This document shows positions 55,192-64,000 of a stretch of 64,000 nucleotides of DNA, one piece after another. The notes below the pieces were generated by a model. That model was not told where the DNA came from. It searched no databases and worked only from the letters and a program-made list of their open reading frames with translations. Each line of letters opens with the position of its first letter. Position 1 is the first letter of the stretch. The DNA comes from Histomonas meleagridis 2922-C6/04-290x. Its lineage: Eukaryota > Protista > Parabasalia. The position numbers and the translations under genes were made by a program. Where the stretch lies: NCBI GenBank assembly GCA_020184695.1, contig JAANOX010000002.1, positions 372,001 to 436,000 on the forward strand, read 5' to 3'.

Positions 55192-56592
55192 TTATTTGCC
55201 ATAAAACTTTTTCCTTAGTTCATTTTCATTCAGTTTCTTAATATGTTGCACTAATCCCTCACAATGTGCCATAGCGAATTGTCTATCGCTTGATTTCAAC
55301 TCATATTCACTAAACTGTGCACAATATTCCAACATTTCCAACAGCTCATCTACGCCGAAAGCAAACACACAAACCAACATATAAGAAAACAGCTCATCAA
55401 ATCCAGGCGCGTCATCAACTTGATTATTTGACTGTAACATTTTTAATTTTTGTGTCACATCAGTCGTAAAAGCTAAAACGTCCCAAAACAAATCCGCAAT
55501 TATAAAAGGATCACATTGCACCAAAATCACGAAGAACTTCTCAGATATCTCACGCAAAGGCCAATCAGTACTATTCAGTTTCGAAAAAGGCACATCGATA
55601 TACTCAGAAGGGAAAAAAGGCGGACCAAAAACGCGAGGAGTCAAATCGAATATTTTTGGTAACCTTAACTCATGAACAGAAGAAAAAGGAAATAAATATA
55701 ATTGCCAAGACCTTTCGAATATAAATGTGCGCACTCTTGTGTACATTTTCGGCGACGATTCACAGATGGCTTTGATGATGACTTCGGCATCAGGATATGT
55801 CATTTCTTGAAGGTTTTCAAGGAATCGATGAATTACGCGGCCCGAACGACGCTTCATTGATGTGATTATGCAGACCCAATCGTTGCGTGGAAGGTGGACT
55901 TGGATATATTGTCTTTGCACCTTGGAAAGAAGTGAAATTTCTTTCTCAACTTTGGTGAGATCAGGAAATGGCTGAAGAAAATTGAGAAAAAATTTGTCAA
56001 GATCAACGCTTGGGACAGCTTTATGATCGTGACAATACTTGTCAAGGAATTTAAGAAACTGTTCGCATGTTTGAATGTTGGATTGGATGGATGTGATGAT
56101 TTTGGAGCAACGATTTATGTTCTTTCTGTGATAAAGTTCTTTGAGAATAAAGTTCCGACGAATATAACGTATAATATTTTTGTAATTGGAAATGAGATTG
56201 CAAAGTTCATTGATGGAATTCATATGTTTGGATGATTCTGATAAAAAATCATCAATATCATCATAGTTTTGCTTGATGATTGCATTGATGGATGACTTAA
56301 TAGCATCAAGTGGAATAAAGTCACTCGGGCTTTTTGAGGTTGATATCAATGAATGAAAATCTGGAACAATTTCAATTTTTTTCCGAACTCGCGCTAAAGG
56401 TGGATTGACTTGTTTTGGTGCTTCTCGAAGATTAAATCCGAATTGATTATGTTTTTCAATGTAATTTGAATCAAAACTATTTGAAATATCTTCTGAATTC
56501 GATGTTATATTTTCTGTATTATCAAGAGGATCTTGAACAGAGGCATCATCTGAAATATCAATGAAGAATTGGTCTTTTACATTTGGTTTCAT
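55192..56592 (-). CDS. Hypothetical protein with a VPS9-like C-terminus
   Basis: C-terminal PGFDELFSYMLVCV...YCAQFS...QFAMAHCEG resembles VPS9 (GADDLLP.L.Y...Y..F...Y.LT..E.A). Confidence 0.5.
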   Translation of the reverse strand: MKPNVKDQFFIDISDDASVQDPLDNTENITSNSEDISNSFDSNYIEKHNQFGFNLREAPKQVNPPLARVRKKIEIVPDFHSLISTSKSPSDFIPLDAIKSSINAIIKQNYDDIDDFLSESSKHMNSINELCNLISNYKNIIRYIRRNFILKELYHRKNINRCSKIITSIQSNIQTCEQFLKFLDKYCHDHKAVPSVDLDKFFLNFLQPFPDLTKVEKEISLLSKVQRQYIQVHLPRNDWVCIITSMKRRSGRVIHRFLENLQEMTYPDAEVIIKAICESSPKMYTRVRTFIFERSWQLYLFPFSSVHELRLPKIFDLTPRVFGPPFFPSEYIDVPFSKLNSTDWPLREISEKFFVILVQCDPFIIADLFWDVLAFTTDVTQKLKMLQSNNQVDDAPGFDELFSYMLVCVFAFGVDELLEMLEYCAQFSEYELKSSDRQFAMAHCEGLVQHIKKLNENELRKKFYGK

Positions 56593-56763
56593 TGTTTTGT
56601 CTTGGTTATGAAAAGTGCTTTATTTCTTTTTCGAAAAAAAGTCTTTAAAAATTAAAAAAAAATATTCATCCTGTCCATTCAAATACTTATATAGTAATTA
56701 AATCAAGAATATATTTCATGAAAAAGAAAATGATTAAAAAATTTGTATTTATCAAAAACAATT

Positions 56764-56982
56764 TTATTTTGCAAAATTAAAATTACCTGGGTTTGTAAAG
56801 AACTCCACTGCAAACTCATTGACGTCATCAGGTTTTTCTTTTAAAACAGAATAAACAAATTCTTGAATAGCTTGATTTATTTCTGGATGTTCTCGCAAAT
56901 ATTTTTCATTCTCTATTCTGAGTTCATCGAGTTCTTTCTGTGAATTTTGGTTATCAGGTGCGGAGGAATGTGGTGACGACAT
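56764..56982 (-). CDS. Small RIIa dimerisation/docking-domain protein (RIIAD1-like)
   Basis: EKYLREHPEINQAIQEFVYSVLKEKPDDVNEFAVEFFTNP. Confidence 0.75.
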   Translation of the reverse strand: MSSPHSSAPDNQNSQKELDELRIENEKYLREHPEINQAIQEFVYSVLKEKPDDVNEFAVEFFTNPGNFNFAK

Positions 56983-57874
56983 TTGACATCAGAAACCTTT
57001 TTCAGAAGCTTACGAAAAACTCACATTTGTGAACTGCGTCAGACGATCAAATATCGATCAGTGAACGATGACATCACTCTTATGTCAAATTTGACAACGA
57101 TATGTATACAATTTGGTTTATCGGGCTTCAAAACTATCAGAACCATAACCTTGGTTCCACTCCATATTTTAACAACACTGATAAAAAATGTACACAAATA
57201 AAGAATTTTCAATATATGCATTTGTTCGAAGATATCATAAAATCGATCCCAAGCCTTAAATCAGTTATATTTTACAGAATTTTTTTGACTTTGATAAAAG
57301 GTTTAGCTCATTTTTCATTCAAAAACGACAACGGTTATTATGCCCATACCAACCCTTTATCAAAGAAAAAAAAATTTTGTCTGCTCCAGAAATAGGAATA
57401 AATTCATCTTCACCTTATATTAACCCAACTTTATTGATCACTACGACACAACAAAAAATTATAATTGAACATTTTTATGAAACTTTGAATTTTTCAAGAT
57501 TTTTACACCTTTGTTTTAATCTTTCAACTATTACTTACAAATTCTTCTCATATTTTTCAGATATTTTTTCTTTCTTAATTAAAAATATTTCAATAATTTT
57601 TTTGTTTGTTATTTTATTCATATTCACTTTAGATTTGATTAATATGATAAATTTTACCCATTATAAATTTTACAATAAATATAAAATTAATTTTAAAATC
57701 ATTTCTTTATTAATCATTATTTATTTCACATTTTCATATACAATATCCGACCCAACAACACAAACACTTTCAGTATTGAATTCTAACGAATATTTTGGGG
57801 AAAAATAGTTCTAAAGTACAAACAAAATATATTACTCTTTCGTTGGGAGTGCTTTTAAACAAAGGAACTCATTA

Positions 57875-58951
57875 ATGAGAGTAATAATATCAGTTGAAAT
57901 TGGGAAATCAATGAATTCATTTGGAACTTCTGCATTTGGATCATGTTCATCCATAAAAAATATTACAATACCTAATTCAGTTACATCAATTGGAAATTAT
58001 GCATTTAGTTCTTGTTCTAATTTAGAAACAGTTATTATTGGAGAAAATGTCACATTAATTGGAGATTCTGCATTTTCCGATTGCATTAATCTGAAGTGTA
58101 TTTATTTTACAGGTTATAGATCGCCAACATCTTTCGGTGCAAATGTATTTTCTGGTGTACCAACGCAATATGTAATGACATCATATTTATATCAAAACAC
58201 GACATTTGGACCACTTAATATAATCTATAATCTGGCTGATGAATGTGATATTTATCTTTGGCCAACTCTTACATTTACGAAATCAAACACATTTTCGAAT
58301 ACATTTTCTAAATCGAATACATTCTCTAACACATTCTCTAAATCAGATACATTCTCTAAATCAAATACATTTTCTAATACAAATACATTTTCTAGTTCGA
58401 ACACATTTTCTAGTTCAAATACATTTTTTAATACAAATACATTTTTTAATTCAAATACATTCTCTGATACAAATACATTTTCTAATTCGAATACATTTAC
58501 GGCTTCATTAAATTCAAGTGTATCGTATACTGTAACTATGATTCATTTTTATTCCGTTACAAATACGTATATCATCAACACATATTTATCGAACACATTC
58601 ATTAGATCAAGTTCCATTTATATCGCCACCAAATTAATATTTTATAATTACACAATATATCAGTATTCGACATATTATAATATTTATACCGTATTTTATA
58701 CAATAATTCATACTAAATCACAACACCAAAATATTTCAATGAATCTGTTGATTGGTATCATTTGCGGCACAATTGCATTGGTACTTATTATTGTCGGAAT
58801 TGTTGTATTCATTATTCGACATAGCAAACAACAAAATTCAAGTTCAGACAAAAGTTTCGATATTTTGTCAGCAGAAGATAAAGGCGAACAAATCGAATGT
58901 GTTAAAGCTGAATTAAATGACTATGTTAATGAAGAAGACCAATGGATATAA
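57875..58951 (+). CDS. BspA-like (TpLRR) surface protein, probably 5'-truncated
   Basis: ITIPNSVTSIGNYAFSSCSNL TpLRR repeats, an SNTF-repeat stalk, a TM segment (LLIGIICGTIALVLIIVGIVVFII) and an acidic tail. An in-frame TAA at 57812-57814 separates it from the hydrophobic upstream ORF 57377-57808. Confidence 0.8.
   Translation: MRVIISVEIGKSMNSFGTSAFGSCSSIKNITIPNSVTSIGNYAFSSCSNLETVIIGENVTLIGDSAFSDCINLKCIYFTGYRSPTSFGANVFSGVPTQYVMTSYLYQNTTFGPLNIIYNLADECDIYLWPTLTFTKSNTFSNTFSKSNTFSNTFSKSDTFSKSNTFSNTNTFSSSNTFSSSNTFFNTNTFFNSNTFSDTNTFSNSNTFTASLNSSVSYTVTMIHFYSVTNTYIINTYLSNTFIRSSSIYIATKLIFYNYTIYQYSTYYNIYTVFYTIIHTKSQHQNISMNLLIGIICGTIALVLIIVGIVVFIIRHSKQQNSSSDKSFDILSAEDKGEQIECVKAELNDYVNEEDQWI
57959..58411. 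repeat. Inverted duplication of about 455 bp; partner at about 62665-63120
   Basis: Both BspA translations share NITIPNSVTSIG...SSSNTFS with essentially one amino-acid difference (VTLIG vs VTSIG). Confidence 0.92.
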
Positions 58952-59630
58952 ATATTACTAAGTAACAAATTGCGAATAAGGAAATATGTTTTACATATGA
59001 TATTTAATCTCCGAATTTGTCACTTTGGAATGCATGTGATCCTAGGATTCAAATTCTGTAATGTATTGCCACAACTAAAAACGCTGTTTTACATCCATTA
59101 GACTTGAATATCACATTTCATTGCTAAGAATAGAAAAAATCGTTTGTTATTCGGCAGGACACTTCGCATTAGTAGGAAAATCTGTTTTATTGAATGCATT
59201 CGAAAGTAATAACAAATTTTAAGCGATGAATTTCTTCATAATGGCATATTAATGTGACTAAGTTCAAAGCACCTTTGCTGGTGCTTAGTGCTCAGTTAAC
59301 TCACATTTAGAATGCTTGTAAGCATTGGACGCTCTCTGTTTACTTATATTACAAAAATGCTTTCATTGTGGAATTGCATCTCTGAGTCTTTTGTAACGTC
59401 AAACATCGATTTGAAATAAATTTGTTGAATATTTTGAGCAAGAGAAATTTCTGATGATTCCGATCGTACTGTCACACAAATTGAGACGTTATGACGATTA
59501 CATTGCATACAAAAAGTTGTGTATTCTATCAAAACGATAAACGGTCAACGATCAGATTTTATACGTTTTTTTATTTGTTATTTCCTTATAGAAGTTAATA
59601 AAAAAACATTTATTCGATAAATTTGTTTTT

Positions 59631-60560
59631 TCATTCTGCTGCATCAAGTATAGAATCGAAACTTTCGGTTTTCTTCTTTCCCGCACAAGAAAATGACACT
59701 AAAAACATAATTAATGACGCAACACTTACCACAAATACTAACACTGTGAGCCAAATCATTGCAAAAGCAATGTGTTGGAACTCTCTGTGCTCTTTGGAAG
59801 CCAAAATATAATTCAAATATTTGTGATCTTTCGATCCTTCAGTATACTTAACTTTTCCTGTGTCATCGTCTAGCTTAAGAGACGCAAACATTCCGACAGA
59901 TGCATCGTTTGAGAACTCGGAATCAAGCTTTGTTATTGAGCCGACAACGATATTAAATGATACGGTACTAAACTTTGATGACGAAATATGGATAAGGCCT
60001 GGTCCTTTTAATGGAATTGTGTCATTTTGTTTGCAGATAATTTCAACTTCATCATTTTGAGTATAATTGAAGAAAGTAAGAGCAAGTCCCGTATCACGTG
60101 GATGTTTAAAAATTCTAACGTCTAATCGAGCGTCATCACCAAAATCAAAAAATGTTGGGTAACGACTGGGAACAGTGATCTCTTCGGCACAATAAATACA
60201 ACCTGCTGTATCACCGACAAAACTTGCTTTATCTTTGTCATAACGTGCATGCCATATTGTAAAGAAGCAATTATCTGCACCTGATTGGGAACATGTGACT
60301 GTGAAGTTAGAAAGTAAAACTTGAATGCCATTTCCAGATGTCAAATCTGGAATTGACTCACTCATCAAAGGTGATGTTATTGATGCAGTGCTGGTGTATT
60401 TGTTATGAAGATAAAGAGCTGTTTGTCCTTGTGGATAAAAATCAATTGACTCTCCTTTTTCCAAAATGCAACGAGTGAATCTACTTTCATAACTGTAGTT
60501 GCCTTGGCACTTATCAATGGAATAAACGAGAGTAGGTAGAGATAGAAGCAGGAAAAACAT
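59631..60560 (-). CDS. Type I membrane protein of unknown family
   Basis: Signal peptide MFFLLLSLPTLVYS (ATG 60560), a Cys-containing ectodomain, a TM segment (IAFAMIWLTVLVFVVSVASLIMFLVSF) and a short tail. Confidence 0.75.
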   Translation of the reverse strand: MFFLLLSLPTLVYSIDKCQGNYSYESRFTRCILEKGESIDFYPQGQTALYLHNKYTSTASITSPLMSESIPDLTSGNGIQVLLSNFTVTCSQSGADNCFFTIWHARYDKDKASFVGDTAGCIYCAEEITVPSRYPTFFDFGDDARLDVRIFKHPRDTGLALTFFNYTQNDEVEIICKQNDTIPLKGPGLIHISSSKFSTVSFNIVVGSITKLDSEFSNDASVGMFASLKLDDDTGKVKYTEGSKDHKYLNYILASKEHREFQHIAFAMIWLTVLVFVVSVASLIMFLVSFSCAGKKKTESFDSILDAAE

Positions 60561-60924
60561 GTTGTTCCTTCGAAAGTCAAATTGTTCAATTTTTACGTTC
60601 AGAGGATTACAACGGAGTAATCGCACATGATAAAAATCAAAATATGTCTTGGAAAACTAATATTTTCTCACTAATAACTCATTAGATTAATAAAACTCAT
60701 GCGAATATAAATCATATTAAAAATGCATTTGATTTTATTAATTTTTGTATATTAGATAAAAATGAAATTTTCTATAACATAAAATCCTTTCATAGCTTTT
60801 AACGAGAGCATGAGCAGTACTTATGAAAAAAATAGTTTAAGGGAGCAAAATTTAAGATTTGGAAATAAAAAAAAATGATTTAAAAAAAAATTTATTACGA
60901 ATTAAAAGAATGACAATAAGGTTT

Positions 60925-61596
60925 CTATGCTGTTTCTGTGATTGTATATTGACGATCTTGAAATACAAGTTTGAGATTACAACTTTCATCTGTTTCAAGC
61001 TCAAGCTCTTCAAATATCTGTGATGGCTTTTGACCGGTGCTTTCACAAAGCGTGTCAACGATTTGTTTGCAAAGAGCTTTTCGTTTTCTCCATTGTTCAC
61101 ATCTAGTGAAATACTGTTTTTGAATATTCGTGGCATCATCAAATGTTATACCTTGAGCTGCCTCCTCTAGTTCATCCCTTTTTGCCTTTGATTTTTCTAA
61201 AAGATCATTGCATTCTTGATGGTAATCTCTTAATTCTTGAATAGTTTTAGTGGCTAATAATCTATCTCTTCTAGCTCTCAATTCGTCAGCTTGCTCTTTA
61301 AGTGTTTCTACCCTTTTCCTTAATTCTTCCAAATTTGCATCCATTTTAGCTAATTCATCAGAACTTGCAACTTCTAACCCATCTTGATTTGCGAAATATA
61401 ATTTAGTTGATTTTCCGAAAAGTTTGCATGTAATTTTTCCATTTGCTGCAAGAGCATCTAGAGCTTTTTGAACAGCAGATTTTGCAAATTCTCCATGTAA
61501 TTCATCAGTTAAAGTTGTTGAGCTATACGGGCGATTTTTCTCTGATAAAACTTTTATAATTGCAGGAGATGGATCCGCTTTTGATTTTGGTGGCAT
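60925..61596 (-). CDS. HOP2: Meiotic homologous-pairing protein Hop2 (TBPIP/PSMC3IP)
   Basis: NRPYSSTTLTDELH..FAKSAVQKALDAL...ITCKLFGKSTKLYFANQD winged helix, a coiled coil, and W.KRK..CK.I at the C-terminus. Confidence 0.85.
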   Translation of the reverse strand: MPPKSKADPSPAIIKVLSEKNRPYSSTTLTDELHGEFAKSAVQKALDALAANGKITCKLFGKSTKLYFANQDGLEVASSDELAKMDANLEELRKRVETLKEQADELRARRDRLLATKTIQELRDYHQECNDLLEKSKAKRDELEEAAQGITFDDATNIQKQYFTRCEQWRKRKALCKQIVDTLCESTGQKPSQIFEELELETDESCNLKLVFQDRQYTITETA

Positions 61597-62132
61597 CAAA
61601 AATGAAATGAACAGTGTGTAAAGTATTCAAGCAGATTTGATGGAGGAAGTCACACATATGGGGGCCGTTTACTTCAATAACGTCTTTTTAGAAATTTAAA
61701 TGATAAAACACATTGAACAACACACAAATATTCGAATATTTCATTCACATTATTATGGAAAAAATTTCAAATGACACTTTTATGGAGATAGAAAAAAATT
61801 ATAGTGATTTTTAAATGATTAGTTGTCAATTACATCAAATGTTTATTTTAATACACAAAATCAATATGCATAATTTTCATGAATATGTATCATTTAAAAT
61901 ATTTGATTTTTTCTCATTGTGTATAAATGAATAATTTGACTAATTATATAGGTCCATTTTAGAGAGTTTTTTTCCCTATCAAAGTACTTGAAAAATATAT
62001 AAAATACAAATTATTTTCTCGAATTTTATAATCATTTATAGCCTTAGTAGTGAACATTATACATATTTTTAATTTTCTTATGCTTTTTTATTATCTCAAA
62101 AAAATATAAATTTTATTCGCTTTTATTAACTT

Positions 62133-63535
62133 CTAAATATGATTGAGAAATTTTTCTTCTTTGAAATCTTCAGCAAACGGATCTTCTTCAATGTTATTCT
62201 ATGTTAAATTTTGAAATGAACTTTCGATTTCGTTGTTATCATGTTCTGAATTTTCTTCTTCTTGAATATCATCAGAATGTTTCTTATGTTTGATTTTAAT
62301 CAAAAGAATAACAATTAAAGTTCTTAAAATAATTCTGATTATTACAGATCAAACAGAAATGATAATGACATTCCAATTTTCTTTCGTTTGAATTTCATTC
62401 GATAATAAAATTGTATAAAAATAAGAATAAAAACTATAATAACTTGAATAAACAATGATCGTATAATCATAATAAATAAATTTTGTTTTAATATATGTTG
62501 TGATGAATTAAGAATTGAATATGAATATGAATTCATTTGTGTTTCATATATCGTAATCGTTTGTGTAATAGAATATGAATATGTTAAAGTACTCATAAAT
62601 GTTAATGAAGAACTAATGAAAAATGATTTTGTAAATGTATTTGTATTAGAAAATATCTTCGAATTAGAAAATGTGTTCGAACTAGAAAATGTATTTGTAT
62701 TAGAAAATGTATTTGATTTAGAGAATGTATCTGATTTAGAGAATGTGTTAGAGAATGTATTCGATTTAGAAAATGTATTCGAAAATGTGTTTGATTTCGT
62801 AAATGTAAGAGTTGGCCAAAGATAAATATCACATTCATCAGCCAGATTATAGATTATATTAAGTGGTCCAAATGTCGTGTTTTGATATAAATATGATGTC
62901 ATTACATATTGCGTTGGTACACCAGAAAATACATTTGCACCGAAAGATGTTGGCGATCTATAACCTGTAAAATAAATACACTTCAGATTAATGCAATCGG
63001 AAAATGCAGAATCTCCAATTGATGTGACATTTTCTCCAATAATAACTGTTTCTAAATTAGAACAAGAACTAAATGCATAATTTCCAATTGATGTAACTGA
63101 ATTAGGAATTGTAATATTATTTAATGATGAACAATATTGAAATGCAGCACCTCCAATTTCATTTAAATTATCACTTAGTTGTATTATTTCTAAGGAATAA
63201 CAATTATAAAATGCAGAACTTCCAATTGTTGTAACTGAATTACTCATATTAATCGATTTAATTGTTGTCCATTCATTAAATGTATTATTTGGAATATTAT
63301 TAATTAAATCATCAATAATCACATGTTCTGCTATATTTTTATATGTGCCATCAAATTCATCTTCTTTTGTTATTGTAAGTGTATTCGTTATATTATCAAA
63401 TGTTTGAAAAGTATTTATAAAAAATACAAAAAATATTATAAATAAATTACTTTTCTTGTTTTCTTTGATAAAAATATTGTTTGAATTATCATGATTTCGA
63501 ATGAAAATTATTATGATAATGAAAATAATAGTCAA
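62133..63535 (-). pseudogene. BspA-like (TpLRR) surface protein, 3' part frameshifted
   Basis: Several TpLRR units and an SNTF stalk. The TM and tail (IIRIILRTLIVILLIKIKHKKH...NIEEDPFAEDFKEEKFLNHI*) lie in another frame with internal TGA/TAG stops, ending at 62133. Confidence 0.75.
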
Positions 63536-64000
63536 ATCTTAAACAAATTTTATGATCATAACATGCACATTCTATTGGGAGCCCTAAGCTCTCACGTGGT
63601 ATATGTGTTAAACTTGATAATTTTTTGTTTTTTAAATAATCAGTATTAAATCTTGCAAATTTTTTGAATATAATATTGGAAATTATTGAGTACATCATGT
63701 TTGTAAGTGATTTGCCTCCTTTGTTTTTGTACTGCTGCATGTGATAATATGTTAAGTTTAAAAAAACTTGTTTGCTGTATAGTCCATTGGATATTAAAAC
63801 ATATGTTATAGGAAGAACCAGAAGGAATTTTGGAGTTTCCATGTTACACATGAAAATATGGATGAAGCACGTTACAAAAATTTATTTAGTTTCTCAAAAA
63901 GCTAAAAATTTCAGAGATATAACCAAAACAATGAATTTGTCACATGATGACACACAGATTTGAAAAAACGTATTCTTGTTATTTAACACATAAAAGGAAA

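Noticed and set aside
57377-57808. Hydrophobic ORF upstream of BspA as an independent gene
   Set aside because: It starts at a non-ATG codon and has low-complexity AT-driven composition; more likely a decayed BspA 5' region or non-coding.
59030-59540. Coding-like fragments between BspA and the membrane-protein gene
   Set aside because: Multiple stops in all frames and no recognisable family.
63489-64000. Possible transposase or other gene remnant at the right edge
   Set aside because: Only short conflicting ORFs on both strands, with no motif I can support.

Overview
AT-rich, gene-dense, almost intron-free eukaryotic DNA. The gene families (DUF3447-type ankyrin genes, BspA-like leucine-rich repeat proteins, F5/8-C domain proteins, M3/M5-like core promoter motifs) point to a parabasalid protist, probably Tritrichomonas- or Histomonas-like; this is inference, not a database result. 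Core genes: VPS35L (partial), Ran, a BEACH protein, RPS17, a MIZ/SP-RING protein, an ARM protein, RPL19, a PFTB-repeat membrane protein, a Rab, a HEAT protein, a C2/SAH protein, THADA/Trm732, tRNA-Phe(GAA), an importin-beta family protein, a VPS9-like protein, an RIIa-domain protein and Hop2. Accessory pockets lie between them. The main observation is four ankyrin loci in which every repeat (33 junctions) is interrupted at the same position, between the ..NAKD and xTAL motifs. The inserts are AT-rich, either about 80 nt or exact multiples of 20 nt (40-240 nt), break the frame, and lack usable GT-AG ends, while the 87-90 nt coding modules stay open. This suggests an undescribed class of non-canonical introns or interrupting elements. 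Other highlights: a decaying budding-yeast-like DCS1 gene beside a complete hAT transposon (10-bp TIRs, 8-bp TSD), a tRNA-Phe gene head-to-head with the gene for its predicted C32-methylation cofactor, and two BspA genes sharing a near-identical inverted segment of about 455 bp.
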